This document shows, in pieces, positions 29,492-40,689 of a DNA stretch of 64,000 bases. The DNA comes from a virus. The stretch is taken from positions 2,416 to 66,415 of IMG/VR virus record IMGVR_UViG_3300005293_000009; one strand, written 5' to 3'. Position 1 is the stretch's first letter. Each line of letters starts with the position of its first letter. The notes beneath the pieces were generated by a model, which saw nothing but the letters and a program-made list of their open reading frames with translations, was not told where the DNA came from and searched no databases. The position numbers and the translations under genes are program-made.

Positions 29492-30013
29492 ATGACTACT
29501 CTTGTCGGACTGGATTTCGAAATGGCGAACCCCATCGTGGGGTCGCTGTGTGCGTACGGACTGGCGTACGAAGATGGGACCGTGGAGAGCGGCGTCCTAG
29601 CTCTGCATCCTACGAAGGGCGGACGCCAGGAGCGTCAGCGTTTCCACGGTATCTCCCCCGCTGAGACGGCGGCAGGCTTCGGCCCGCAGGCTCTCTACCG
29701 GCGTCTGCTGGCTCTGCCTTCGGACGCGGTGCTCGTAGCACATGATGCTCGGATCGACCGCACCCATCTGTACGCTTGGCTTGACATGTGGGGGCTTCCG
29801 CTGCTGGACTTCCGCTGGTTCGACACCCTGCGTATCGCACGTCGAGAGTTCGGCAAGCAGGGGAAGACGGGCGTGGCGGCTATGGCTGAGCGCATGGGGC
29901 TTACCGTGAAGGCGCATGACCCGGCTGATGATGCGCGGGTGGCGCTAGAGATTGCTACGCGCTTCGAGTGGGGACAGTTCCGAGTGCTTGACAACCCTAT
30001 CGGCGTCCTGTAG
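29492..30013 (+). CDS. DEDDh (DnaQ-like) 3'-5' exonuclease
   Basis: LDFE, VAHDARID, FDTL, HDPADDA. Confidence 0.8.
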   Translation: MTTLVGLDFEMANPIVGSLCAYGLAYEDGTVESGVLALHPTKGGRQERQRFHGISPAETAAGFGPQALYRRLLALPSDAVLVAHDARIDRTHLYAWLDMWGLPLLDFRWFDTLRIARREFGKQGKTGVAAMAERMGLTVKAHDPADDARVALEIATRFEWGQFRVLDNPIGVL

Positions 30014-30022
30014 GCTGTAGTC

Positions 30023-30673
30023 ATGGAAACAGTCATCGCTATTCTTCTCCTTCTGCTGCTCGTGGTTCTGGGAGTCTGCATGATCCTGTCGTGGGTGCGT
30101 TACAACGTCGAGGGGCGTGGCGGTAGGTATCTCGCTGGTGCGCTTGCGACTACAACATTTGCTGTGGTAGGCTTCTGGTACATATTCTTCTCAGGGGCAC
30201 TCTCGTGATGTACCCGATCCCGGCTGACAACCCCCGGCTGATGGTGTGGTTGTACCACTACATCGTCTGCTTCATCGTTGGATCGGTGATAGGGCACCTT
30301 ATCTCCTTCGTACCGGAAGCATGGATAGCACTCATCGTGCTGAATGTGATCGTGCTGACATTCCTCGTGAACAACACAAGTAGAAAGATGAAAAATTATG
30401 AAAGCAACCACTGAAAGCGGAGCCGTGTACGAGTTCACTAAGGACGGATCGAAGTTCCGCCGTCTGAAGAACAAGCTCGCTCGGGACCCTGAAGCTGAAG
30501 TTCCTCGCGTGGACCTGCGCCAGGACGGCAAGTGGCTGACTCTCTTCCAGCCGGTTGAGCCGGTCGTGGGTCTGCCGATGACTCTGTTCGTGGAGCCGCT
30601 GGACCCGCCGCAGATCGAGGGCGCATCCATCACGGTACGCCACACGTCTGTCGTTGTGGGGGTGGAAGCGTGA
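30023..30673 (+). CDS. Three small genes (30023-30208 and 30205-30414 membrane; 30398-30673 hypothetical)
   Basis: Overlapping ORFs behind a leaderless promoter at 29988. Confidence 0.6.
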
Positions 30674-31248
30674 CCATCTTCGCATTTCTCGATGTGGAAA
30701 CCACTGGACTCGACCCGGTAGACAACTACGTCCTTGAGGTTGCCTGGCAGTTCACGGATGATCGGTTCAACCCTATCGGGGAAGGCCAGTCGTGGATCGT
30801 GGACCACGGCCTGAGGGAGCCGACTGTCGCGGCCCAGATTCGGGACTCGGCGTTCATCACCAACATGCATTCGGAGTCGGGCCTGCTGCTGGACCTGGCG
30901 AACCCGAGCGTTCCGAAGCTTCGTATGGATGACATTCTTGATGCGTTCGTAGATAGCGCGCTGGATGTGGGGGCAGCTAATGACCAGGTTCGCCTCGCCG
31001 GATACTCCGTATCATTCGACCGTGAATTCCTCCGGGAGAATGGTTGGCGTGACTTGTTCGAGTCGAAGGCGCTCGGCTTCCAGATGCATCACCGCATCCT
31101 GGACCTGTCGTCCGTGATCCAGATGTTCGAGGCGGCTGACCGTGAGGTTCCGTCCACCTACAACGAGAACCCACACCGTGCGCTGGATGACGCTCTCGAT
31201 GCACTGGAGAAGGCTCAACTCATGGCTCGCGAGATTTCCTGGTCTTGA
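30670..31248 (+). CDS. Oligoribonuclease/DnaQ-like exonuclease
   Basis: LDVETTGLD, MHSESGL, SVSFDREFL, HRILDLSS, HRALDD. Confidence 0.85.
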   Translation: MTIFAFLDVETTGLDPVDNYVLEVAWQFTDDRFNPIGEGQSWIVDHGLREPTVAAQIRDSAFITNMHSESGLLLDLANPSVPKLRMDDILDAFVDSALDVGAANDQVRLAGYSVSFDREFLRENGWRDLFESKALGFQMHHRILDLSSVIQMFEAADREVPSTYNENPHRALDDALDALEKAQLMAREISWS

Positions 31249-31279
31249 CAACCGTAGATCAGTGATGTAGGCTAGGAGC

Positions 31280-31799
31280 ATGCAGCAGCTACAGGAACTC
31301 CTCGCCTACATCGCCCTCCTCACTGCGGGGGTGTATGTGTCCGTCATGGCGGTGGCACTCGTAATGAGCTTCGCCACACTCATCGTCGTGTTCTTGCTGT
31401 CTCTTATTACGAAGGATCGGACAAATGGTTGAACTCTTCCTGCTTCTCCCCTTCACACTGATGTCCCTGTCAGCGGGCAAGATCGCCATAGAACACCGCC
31501 GTGCGCTTCGGGGTGGTATCGAGATTCCTCGTACGGGTCGGCTGAGGGCTGTCGCCTCGCTGGACCGTGAGCGCCAGAAGGCTATCGAAATCGGTAAGCG
31601 TGAGCTTGCGGTTCGTGACGCTGAAGTTTGGGATTGGGCCTTCGAGCGGGCGATAGAGGATGCCGACCCCCAGCGGGCCATTGCGGAGAGTCGGACGGAC
31701 GACCGAGCCTGCTACTGCCCTGAGTGTGTAGGGTCGAACGGTGAACCCTACATCGGACTCCCTTGGATTGCCGTTGATCGCCCCTATCGGATTGGGTAG
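31280..31799 (+). CDS. Two small genes (31280-31432 membrane; 31425-31799)
   Basis: Leaderless promoter at 31245; overlapping ORFs. Confidence 0.55.
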
Positions 31800-31801
31800 C
31801 G

Positions 31802-32107
31802 GTGCCTATGACTGAAGATCAGATCACCGCTCTCTGTGAGAGTATGCTTCGTGACTGGGGGCTGGACCGCTGGATCATCCGGTGGGAAGATACGCTGCCT
31901 TCCTTCCAGGGTAACCTTGCGGGACACTGTAGCTGGGACGAGCGTGTCATCCGACTGTCTCGGGAGTACGTGCTGGATTACGAGTCCAGCGATGTGGTGG
32001 CGATTCTTCAGCATGAAATTGCACACGCTCGGACACCTGAAGAGAAGTTTCATGGTCCGAGATTCGATTGGAACCTAAGAGAAATGAGGTCAGGCTGTGC
32101 CACGTAA
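31802..32107 (+). CDS. SprT-like zinc metalloprotease
   Basis: AGHC, IRLS, HEIAH, HGPRF. Confidence 0.75.
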   Translation: MPMTEDQITALCESMLRDWGLDRWIIRWEDTLPSFQGNLAGHCSWDERVIRLSREYVLDYESSDVVAILQHEIAHARTPEEKFHGPRFDWNLREMRSGCAT

Positions 32108-32232
32108 AGATGGACGACCGCGCATGCCGGTGAAGCTGGGACTGGACCCGCTGCCCTGGGTAGACAAGGAAGACGGCGAAGGTCGCTGGATTCGTCAGGC
32201 TCACCCGGACGGGTGGACCGAGTTCGAGCCGC

Positions 32233-33125
32233 GTGACGGCTACTCCAAGAATGAAGAGGACTACTATGGCTCGTAAGAGTGCCCCGCGCCTGCCGGTGAC
32301 TGGACGATTCTTCTTCTCGGTAGGTAACTACCAGGAGAATGCGGAACTGGACCCGGAGTTTGTGGACCTGTATGCGCGTAATGCGCAAGGCATCTGGTTC
32401 GTGAACGGACTAAAGACTGACGAAAACGAAATCCCGGACGACCTCTGGGAAGTAAGGACCGTGCAACGGTAGAATGGTGTACAGTAAGAGCATGAGCAAC
32501 ACGTCAAACAACAAGCCCGTAGAAACCGTAGACGCTTTCGTCCTTCAGGAGTGCATCCGCATCGCCAACGATGTGACGGAGAGTGTGGAGCGTCGGCGTA
32601 AAGCGTCAGCGTGGGCGAAGAAGCTGGTCGAGTCTGCGGGCTCTAACTGGGAGGGCGGCGGGCGTACCGTGGCGGAGAAGGCTGGGGTCGAGGTAGACCC
32701 TAAGGCTCCGGGCGGACAGCGCGTAGACAGCGGGAGCGGCTATGCCGGGGTCTCGCGTAACAGTGGGCGTGTGGCGGACATCGAGGCGGGGCAGCTTAGC
32801 TCCGAGCTTCACTCGGGACAGCGGGTGTCTCGTGGGTAAGCGCGTCAAATTCAAGGATGGTGGGGTGCTCCTTTTCGGAAAGTACTTCGTGGATGAGGAC
32901 CTAGCGTTCTGGACCGGGTTCGTGCTGTTCATCCTGTCTATGGGGCTGTCTGTGGTCGCCGCCGCTACCGATTGGTGGGTGCTGTATATCCCGTTCTTCC
33001 TTATTATCGGGAGTGTGGGGTTGGCTGTTGTGTGGGCTGTCCTCTCGTTCTTCTGGGGCAGATGGGCTGAAGTGTTTCGTAAGGGGCGTCGGCGGGGACT
33101 TGACACCGAGGCTGAAGACCGGTAG
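32233..33125 (+). CDS. Three hypothetical genes (32233-32472, 32492-32839, 32832-33125 membrane)
   Basis: Contiguous ORFs. Confidence 0.5.
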
Positions 33126-33134
33126 GCTGATCGT

Positions 33135-33461
33135 ATGAGCATGCTACGGAATCTATTCGTTGACGACGAGCGGACCCCGCCTCCGGGAATGGACTGGGAA
33201 GTCGTCAAGACGGCAGGAGACGCCTATTCGGCGCTTTCTGGCGCAGAGTATGCCGTAGTCTCCCTAGACTACGTGCTGATCGGCTGGGAGAGCGGCTTCG
33301 ATGTGGTGTGGTGGATGCATACCAACAACCGCTGGCCTACGCACGAGCTTCGCGTACATTCGTCCTCCTATATGGGGCGCGCGCAGATCATCGAGTTCGC
33401 TCAGGCGCATGCGCCTAAGGGTCTGCGGGTCATCGATGCTTCTGCTGAGCGGGGGCTGTGA
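33135..33461 (+). CDS. Cyclic-phosphate-processing receiver-like domain protein
   Basis: LFVDDERTPP, VSLDY, SGFDVV, VHSS. Confidence 0.7.
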   Translation: MSMLRNLFVDDERTPPPGMDWEVVKTAGDAYSALSGAEYAVVSLDYVLIGWESGFDVVWWMHTNNRWPTHELRVHSSSYMGRAQIIEFAQAHAPKGLRVIDASAERGL

Positions 33462-34531
33462 TGCATTTGTGGGTTTCGAAGACCGGACTGGTCCGAGAGG
33501 ACTGGCGGATCAGGCACGGCACTAAGAGTCGTGTGGCGGCAGGTTGCGAGTGCGACCTATGCAAGAAGGCGGCGCGCTCATTCGAGATTGCGTCCAAGCA
33601 GCCTAAAGAGGCGTCCGCCCCGCTCGCGGTCGGCATGACCGATGTCGGCTGGATCGTGCTACAGATTCAGCGTATGGCGGAGGATCGTTCGATCCCTGCC
33701 GCTAAGCGTGCGCGTGCCCGCTGGTGGTACCAACGGCTGACGTACGCAGACTCCGCGTCGGCTACCTCCATCGTCCAGGAGAGCGGCGGGCGTCGGCGCT
33801 CGCATAACGCGAGGCGTCTCGTGGCGTCGGACCTAGAGTACAGCGGGGACTACAAGCGCCCGCTGATTCAGACTTGACAGTTGGAGCGGGAGCGGGTAGG
33901 CTGTAGGCATGACAACTCGAACGCACCCGCTTCTTCGCATCAAGCGATTCTTCCAGGTGGCCGTCAAGCATTACCCCTGGACCTTCTGGACCGTAGTGGT
34001 GATTCTGGCGGCGATCCACATTCCAGTGCTGATCTGGCCTCTGGAGATGGGGGCCGTGGCCCTGGGCCTCTGGGCAGTCATCGTCGGTGCGACTCTTTTC
34101 GTTGGGCTGATCTGGAAGATCGTCACCGAGATTGCGGACGGGGGAGGACGCTGATGGGCTGGGCGGGCGGCGGTAAGCGTGTCATCGACATGCGCGCGTT
34201 CATTGAGAACGAGCTTGCGAAGTGGGAGCTTGGTGCGCTGGTGGCGGTCGTGGGTCCGGAGAAGACGACTGACGACTGGTTCAAGCTGACTATCAAATAC
34301 CGCCCTCCGGGCAACGAGCACCGGAAGGATATCCAGTTCTACGACAAGAACATCGTCGTCAACATCGGCTATAGTCGGAAGGCTGGCTACTGGAACCGCA
34401 CCTTCATCCGGAAGGCTATCCGGAACGCGGGACAGGAGTTCCAGGAAGAGAAGGTGGCTGCGGTCGTGTGGTCTTCCATGCCGCGTGAACTGACGACCGG
34501 TCGTGACGAGGATGGACGGTTCGCGCTGTGA
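33458..34531 (+). CDS. Three hypothetical genes (33458-33877, 33909-34154 membrane, 34154-34531)
   Basis: Contiguous ORFs; leaderless promoter at 33874. Confidence 0.55.
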
Positions 34532-34741
34532 GACGGTGCGGATGGTGTGGTGTCGAGCTTCGGTGGTGGCAACTAAACCACTGCCGAGTTTGCGCCTTCT
34601 CGCTGCGGTATGACACGTCTTCGCCGCCTTGTCGGCACGCTTCGCGCTGGGATGGTGTGCCTGACCACGCGCCTTGGTCCTTCAAGCGCCCTGAGTATCC
34701 AATCACTTGACATCCCTGCGGGGATAGAGTAGGCTGTAGAC

Positions 34742-35086
34742 ATGACAAACAAGAACAACCTCATCTTCTACGAATCGGGGCACTACACCCGAGAGGCGTA
34801 CGGTCATGTGGAAGAGTACCACCCCGCCGTCTTCGTGGTGGCGGGAGGGCGTGCGCGCGTTCCTGTGATGCTGCTCTGGCTGACGTGGAGCCTCATCCTC
34901 GCCGTGCTCTTCGTGATCGACACCTGGACAGGTATTGCGAGCGGGGACATCGCTACGGAGTTCGTCTGGAACCTGTCCCTGTACTGGGTGCTCGGTCTGG
35001 TGGCGGTCTTCGTGATCTACTGGCCGCTGAAGTTCGTCTGGTACGTCCTGTCGTGGTGGGTCGAAATCTTCCGGAAGGCGATGTGA
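34742..35086 (+). CDS. Membrane protein, paralog of the next gene
   Basis: AGGRARVPVMLLWLTW...VIYWP. Confidence 0.7.
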   Translation: MTNKNNLIFYESGHYTREAYGHVEEYHPAVFVVAGGRARVPVMLLWLTWSLILAVLFVIDTWTGIASGDIATEFVWNLSLYWVLGLVAVFVIYWPLKFVWYVLSWWVEIFRKAM

Positions 35087-35433
35087 TGATTACTCGTAAG
35101 AAGAATGACTTCCTCTACTACGAGCCGAGCGGGTTTACGCTGAACGGCCTGCACCTAGGTGAAAGGTTCACTGCAAGGCTCGTCCTCGCTGGCGGCAGGG
35201 TGAAGGTGCCCGTATCGCTGCTGTGGGCAACCTGGGCGTTGATCGGTGCGGTAATCTTCACCGTGGAGACGGTGGTGGGCTTGAACACCGGAGTGGCGTT
35301 CTATGGTCCCTGGTGGACCGTCACCGGCTACTACCTGCTGTTCACCCTCGGTTGGTTCGTCATCTACTGGCCCATCTACGCGGTGATCTTCATCGTTCGG
35401 ACGTGGGTTGATGTTGTCCGGAGCGCGCTGTAG
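35086..35433 (+). CDS. Membrane protein, paralog of the previous gene
   Basis: AGGRVKVPVSLLWATW...VIYWP. Confidence 0.7.
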   Translation: MITRKKNDFLYYEPSGFTLNGLHLGERFTARLVLAGGRVKVPVSLLWATWALIGAVIFTVETVVGLNTGVAFYGPWWTVTGYYLLFTLGWFVIYWPIYAVIFIVRTWVDVVRSAL

Positions 35434-35474
35434 TCGCGCTTGACGTTCGTCACTAAAGAGAGTAGACTGTAGTC

Positions 35475-36399
35475 ATGATCGCACTTATCCTCATCCTAGC
35501 ATTCATCGCGGGACTCATCGCCTACTTCGTGGATGGTCGCCTGCCGGTGGCTCTCTCGGTGGCGGGCATCGTCGGGTTGGCAGCAACCGTAGCGTCGGTG
35601 ATCCTGGATGTCTTCGTCTGAGGGCAGCTTGGCTAAGCCGGTGTGGACCCCGCCCTACTGTGACACCTTCTGGGGTTCGCACGGATGCTCGCTGGACCGA
35701 GGCCATTCGGGGCCGTGCCTGTGCATCACCGTGTTCTATGACGAAGACGGTCAGATTGAAGAGACCGTCTGTGACGGTAACTGCGCTCCGCCGTACTTCG
35801 GGCCGGATACGGAGTTCTTCTCCAACCATGGGATGCCTACACCTGAGGCTACACTTAGGGCGGCGCATAATGGCAACTAGAATCTGGAGCCCGCCTGACT
35901 ACTGGTACAACCAGCCCTCTGACGGACCTGCGGAGGGGGAGAGTCGTGCGGCGTGGAAGAACCGCACCTTCGCCGCGCACTACGGCAACCCTGGGATGTT
36001 CACCCTGGCGGAACTACTGGAAGATGGAGACCGGTGAGCGGGTCGGGGTGGGACTGGGACGCCATTGCTGCGTCCGATTATCCGGTGGTGGTAAATCCTG
36101 CCGCGCTACGGCGGGACATGGTGTACTGCGAGTTCTGGACGCTGAGCCTCCCTTCGGAGTCGTACGGCTACGTGACCGGGCTAGTCATAGAGTGGTCGGA
36201 GTGGCTACGGGTGCGAGAGCAGCGAGCGGGACCCCTGCGTATCGACCTGAGCGGGTACGGGCTGGAGGGTGCGGAGCTTTACCCCTTCATGCGTGCACGC
36301 TTCTCGCTGTGGACCGCTCCGGAGAACCCGCGCTGGCCGCGTACAGTCGTGGCGGTGTGGACGCTGGACGGCGGCTTCAAAAAGCCGGGTCGGGCTTGA
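35475..36399 (+). CDS. Four small genes (35475-35621 membrane, 35608-35880 Cys/His-rich, 35870-36037, 36034-36399)
   Basis: Leaderless promoter at 35440; overlapping ORFs. Confidence 0.55.
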
Positions 36400-36409
36400 C
36401 AAAAGCGGC

Positions 36410-36710
36410 CCGGTGAACTAAAATAACTAATCAACAGTCCCCCCAACAGGTAGCAGACTATTGGAAACTAATAAAACTAAACTAGTGTTTTAGATATTAG
36501 TTTTTAGTGGTAGGATATTAGTTAGAGGCCGATTTGCAATCTGGCTGAAAAATGGGGTAAGCTCTTCTAATATAATTAATTAACTTAAACTTATATACTT
36601 ATCCGACTACGTACCGGTAGATTAGGAAAAAACGCTACTCCCTATTTCTACTGCTCTTCCTTAGGGAACGTGGTCGGAAAGGTTTATTAGTTTTTGTCAG
36701 TATACACCAA
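36410..36710. other. AT-rich non-coding island with AACTAA/TTAGTT repeats (candidate origin or protein-binding hub)
   Basis: Abrupt drop in GC content; AACTAA x4 facing GATATTAGTT x2 across ACTAGT at 36481. Confidence 0.55.
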
Positions 36711-36721
36711 TGGAGATAGAA

Positions 36722-37249
36722 ATGAGTGAAGTAATTGACCCGGTAACGGGGATGACCCAGGCGGACCTGGATGCGTTCGTGGAGGCTCGGAAGGCGAAAG
36801 GTCCGAAGCGTGATGCGCGCGTGTGTGTCTGCGGTCACGGTGCCGGTGCACACTTCTCGGTGACGGGGCTTGGCGGGCCTTCGGACATCGCAGAGCGTGA
36901 AGCGGGAACGATTCGGTGCCAGGCTGGTAAGACGCCGTGCGAGTGCCAGAAGTTTACGTACGTGCTGCGTTCGACTGACATTCGGTCGTTCATCCAGAAG
37001 ACGACAGGTCCCGGAGCGGAGCATGCGCTGGCTAAGGGGATCGCGTCTACCCTTGGACGTGGGATCGTGGTGGAGTGGCGCGAGGATATCGCCTGCTTCT
37101 ACTGCGGTAAGGCTCCTTCGGAAGTTGGTGCACTGATTCCGATCCCGTACAATGAGCGTGGTGGTGAAGCGTTCCGTTCGACTGTGGAGAATCGTCTGCA
37201 TTGCGCGGGGTGCCGGATCGAGATTCAGAAGCAGGTCTCTGGCGTATAA
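36722..37249 (+). CDS. Cys-rich zinc-binding hypothetical protein
   Basis: CVCGH...H, C-x6-CEC, CFYC, HCAGC. Confidence 0.65.
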   Translation: MSEVIDPVTGMTQADLDAFVEARKAKGPKRDARVCVCGHGAGAHFSVTGLGGPSDIAEREAGTIRCQAGKTPCECQKFTYVLRSTDIRSFIQKTTGPGAEHALAKGIASTLGRGIVVEWREDIACFYCGKAPSEVGALIPIPYNERGGEAFRSTVENRLHCAGCRIEIQKQVSGV

Positions 37250-37256
37250 TAGCTTC

Positions 37257-38695
37257 ATGGAAACCGTTGAGCTTCAGGTGCCTGGAGGCAGGCGTGTAAG
37301 TGCGCTTCGCCTTCAGGACCTTCCTGCTGAGCATGTGCTGGCGTTCATGTCGCTGCCGGTGGGGGTCAAGGAGCATATGGGCGTGAAGCTATTCAAGCTG
37401 GCGCTAGGCTCTAACGGGGAAGATGTGCTCGCGGGACTGACGTTCGGAGAGCTTGAGTATCTGATGAGCGAATGGTTCCTGTTGTCGGGTGAGTCGGAGG
37501 CGGAGGACCCGGACGGTCGAGGGCTGGGGCTTGACTGGAATCTGATTCCGTAGTAGTCTTGGGGTATGGCACTCAAACATACTCATACACTCAGCGGTAC
37601 CGGACCCTTCCCGTTCGAATCGCTCTCGGAACTGGTGACCGCTGTATCGGAGGCGGCAGGCGAGAGCCGAGACTGGAAGAATGACATTACTGTCAACCTC
37701 CTCACGGAGAACCGAACCGCAGACGGGGTACGCTACCTCGACTGGGAGATTCAGGTTACCTGGTGAGCTTGCTGGCGGTGGCGGCTATCCCTCTGCTCGT
37801 TGCCGTGATCGCGACTGTTCACGGTGCGGCACTTCATCGGAGTCTTGACAAGCCTGCCTTCGGCTGATAGCGTTTAGGCAACTCAACAGAAAGTGAAATG
37901 AAACCTTGACAGAAGCACTCGGCGGGGAAATCCTCGCTACAATCCTCTGGTTCGTACTCGGAGATATCGCCGTGTTCGGCGTGGCGATGCTCGTGTTCGG
38001 ACTGTTCGTACTCATCGCGTCGGCTACGGATGCGGAGTGGGTTGCCGGTCTTGGCGTCCTGTTCGCATGGATCGCGGCGATTGCAACGGTCGTGATCGTG
38101 TGGTGGAACATCATCACGCACGCACTCGCGGCTGGTTCGCTCATCTGGGGGTGGTAACGGTGGCTCGGTACGTTCACGGCAGTAGTGAGCTTCTGGATCA
38201 CGCGGCGGCGGCTAAGTCGCTGTCGGAGAAGGAAGAGTGGCTTAGACTCTCCAAGAGAGTGTATGCCCTCGGTCCAAGCATCCCGAGAGGCGCTACCCTC
38301 GAAGGGGCGCAGCAGGATGTGGATAATGCTCGCATTGTTCTCGCTGCGGCGTACAAGCTATACACGAACCCGTTCGGGGTGGTGAAGACGGTCTGATGGT
38401 TGACCGACTGGTGTTTAGTGTGGACGGGGTTTGGGAGACGCGCGCAGTCGCGCCGTACACCATACCGTCTAACGGATTCATCCAACGCGGGGACGCCTGG
38501 GTCAACGCTAGTTCGATCACTGTAGTTGCTCTTGAGCATATTCGCCACAAGCCTCTTTACATCCGGATAGAAAGTTGTCAGGGACGCCGTACGGATTGGG
38601 GCTTCGTGGGTGGCGGACGACCGTTTGACATCCGCGCGGGAGATACGATCCAATTCCAGCCTGGTAATCTAGAATCGAGGATTCACTATTACTGA
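37257..38695 (+). CDS. Five small genes (37257-37553, 37566-37766, 37906-38157 membrane, 38160-38396, 38396-38695)
   Basis: Contiguous ORFs; TATAAT-6-ATG at 37257; leaderless promoter at 37531. Confidence 0.55.
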
Positions 38696-38879
38696 CGACG
38701 ATGCAGAACTTGAACGGCTCGCGGCTGTGATCCGTGCGAACATGCACTGGAAGAAGATGATGGAGGACGGCTACATGTCTGTCGGCTTTAACACACCGGA
38801 AGAGATTGCGCAAGCTGTCTGGGACTCCGGGTTCCGTCCAGGGGTTGACAAGTAGCCTCATGGCCGCTATAGTTGAAGT

Positions 38880-40625
38880 ATGACAGGCCACGAGACGCAG
38901 CTTCAGCGCATGACCGCAAACCCCGACTGGGTTCGCGTCAGCGGGGACCTGTCCATCCTCTGCAACATGTGGGCAGGTCGCCGCGACCTTCAGGTGTACT
39001 TGGGTCGTGACGGTGGGAAGGGGAAAGCTTCGGCGTTCTTCGACCCTCGCAGCGCACAGATCGAAATCAATTCGGAGGATGCGTTCGGTAAGGGTTCGGA
39101 CGGTTCGCTCGTTGGGGACCTGACTTCTCGCATGGAGCTTGCGAAGTATCCCGTTGCAGGAGGTCTTTCCCTGCACGAGAGCGGACACGCACGGCACAGC
39201 ACCGCAGACTGGGAGGAACTTCGTAAGTCGTTCGACTCGGAAGCGGAGTGGACCGTGTTCGTCCGTCTGGAAGAGACGCGCATCGAAGGCCTTATGGCCC
39301 TCACCTTTCCGCAGGATGTCGGATACTTGCGGGCTAGCACTCGGGAACTGCTGATGGGCGATGACCCTGCGGGGTGGACCGGACGTGGTGCGGCGCAGCT
39401 TCTTGTTGGACGTGCGGAAATCGGTGTACTGGAAGCGTCGGATGTTCAGGCGGTAGAGACTGCACTCGTATCTGCGGGGTGGTCGCCGTCTGTGTTGACG
39501 CGCCTGCGTGAAATCGTGGGAGAGTTTCTTCTGCTGGTTGACCGTGGCGATGATCTTGAGATTATGGTTGCGCTCGCGAAGGAGCTTCACGCGCTGATGC
39601 CTGAGGACCCTGCGGGGGATGAAGACGGAGAAGATTCCGGGATGCCGTCTGACTTGGCGGACGCTATTGCGGATGCGCTGGGGCGTGCGGCTCAGGGTGG
39701 GCGACTGTCCGCTATTGAGGCGGGCGACCGTGCGGAGTCCGCGCGTAAGCGTGAAGAGGCTGATGCGGCTGACCGTATCCAGTCGGAGAATGAAGCGAAG
39801 GCTCGCGAAACGTTTACCGATTCTGGTAATGGGACGGCGAAGGTGCCGTCACAACTACGGACTAACCGAGCACCAACAGGGGACGAGCGTTCTGCGGCGG
39901 TTCGTCTGAGTAGAGACCTAGAGAAAGCGAAGTATCGTGACCGGATCGAAACGGAATGGAACACCGACGTACCGCCTGGGAAATTCAACGGTGGGGAAGC
40001 TATGCGTCTGGATGCTGCGCGGAGTGTCGGCGGAGACACCAGTCGTTACAAGCCGTTCCGCACAAAGCGCTACGAGGAAACTGATGAGCCGCCGCTGACC
40101 GTAGGCATCATGTCTGATGTGTCGGGTTCGATGAGCGCGGTGCAGGAAGCAGTCGGTACGGCGGTGTGGGTGATGAACGAGGCGGTATACCGTCTGGACC
40201 TCGCAACCTGCGCGGCTGTCTACTTCGGAGAGCGCGTCTACCCTGGACTTCGGAAGGGCGAGCACAGCAGTAGGGTGCGTGAGTGGAACGGGCGTGACGG
40301 CTGGGAAGACTTCGATGGGGCGTTCCGTGCGCTTGACGGTGAGCTTGAACTGCTCAACGGTAAAGGCGCACGACTGTTGGTTGTCGTGTCGGATGGGCAG
40401 TACGGATCAACCGTGCGTGTCAATCAGGCTGAGGCTCGTGATCGCTGGGTGCGGACTTGCGTCCAGAATGGTGTGGGTGTAGTCTGGCTACAGGTGCGAG
40501 GGCAGAAGACGCCGGTTGCAGAGGGACCGGGGATTGAGATTGTGAGTGTCGGGACTTCGATCCTGGACGCTATTGGACCGATAGGACAAGCTTGCATCCG
40601 TGCATTGTCGCACGCTAGCGCATAA
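38880..40625 (+). CDS. CobT-like VWA-domain protein with an HExxH motif
   Basis: HESGH...LEETRIE N-domain; MIDAS DVSGSM; VVSDG. Confidence 0.8.
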   Translation: MTGHETQLQRMTANPDWVRVSGDLSILCNMWAGRRDLQVYLGRDGGKGKASAFFDPRSAQIEINSEDAFGKGSDGSLVGDLTSRMELAKYPVAGGLSLHESGHARHSTADWEELRKSFDSEAEWTVFVRLEETRIEGLMALTFPQDVGYLRASTRELLMGDDPAGWTGRGAAQLLVGRAEIGVLEASDVQAVETALVSAGWSPSVLTRLREIVGEFLLLVDRGDDLEIMVALAKELHALMPEDPAGDEDGEDSGMPSDLADAIADALGRAAQGGRLSAIEAGDRAESARKREEADAADRIQSENEAKARETFTDSGNGTAKVPSQLRTNRAPTGDERSAAVRLSRDLEKAKYRDRIETEWNTDVPPGKFNGGEAMRLDAARSVGGDTSRYKPFRTKRYEETDEPPLTVGIMSDVSGSMSAVQEAVGTAVWVMNEAVYRLDLATCAAVYFGERVYPGLRKGEHSSRVREWNGRDGWEDFDGAFRALDGELELLNGKGARLLVVVSDGQYGSTVRVNQAEARDRWVRTCVQNGVGVVWLQVRGQKTPVAEGPGIEIVSVGTSILDAIGPIGQACIRALSHASA

Positions 40626-40689
40626 GCTCCGGGGGCTGGTTCGCACTGTCCCGCACACCAGACCCCCGGATCAACCGTAAGGAAAGAAT

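Noticed and set aside
32492-33877. Possible distant paralogy between 32492-32839 and 33458-33877
   Set aside because: Only a weak by-eye resemblance (R.A.D....RR.A..W..KL; GGR); it needs a profile alignment.
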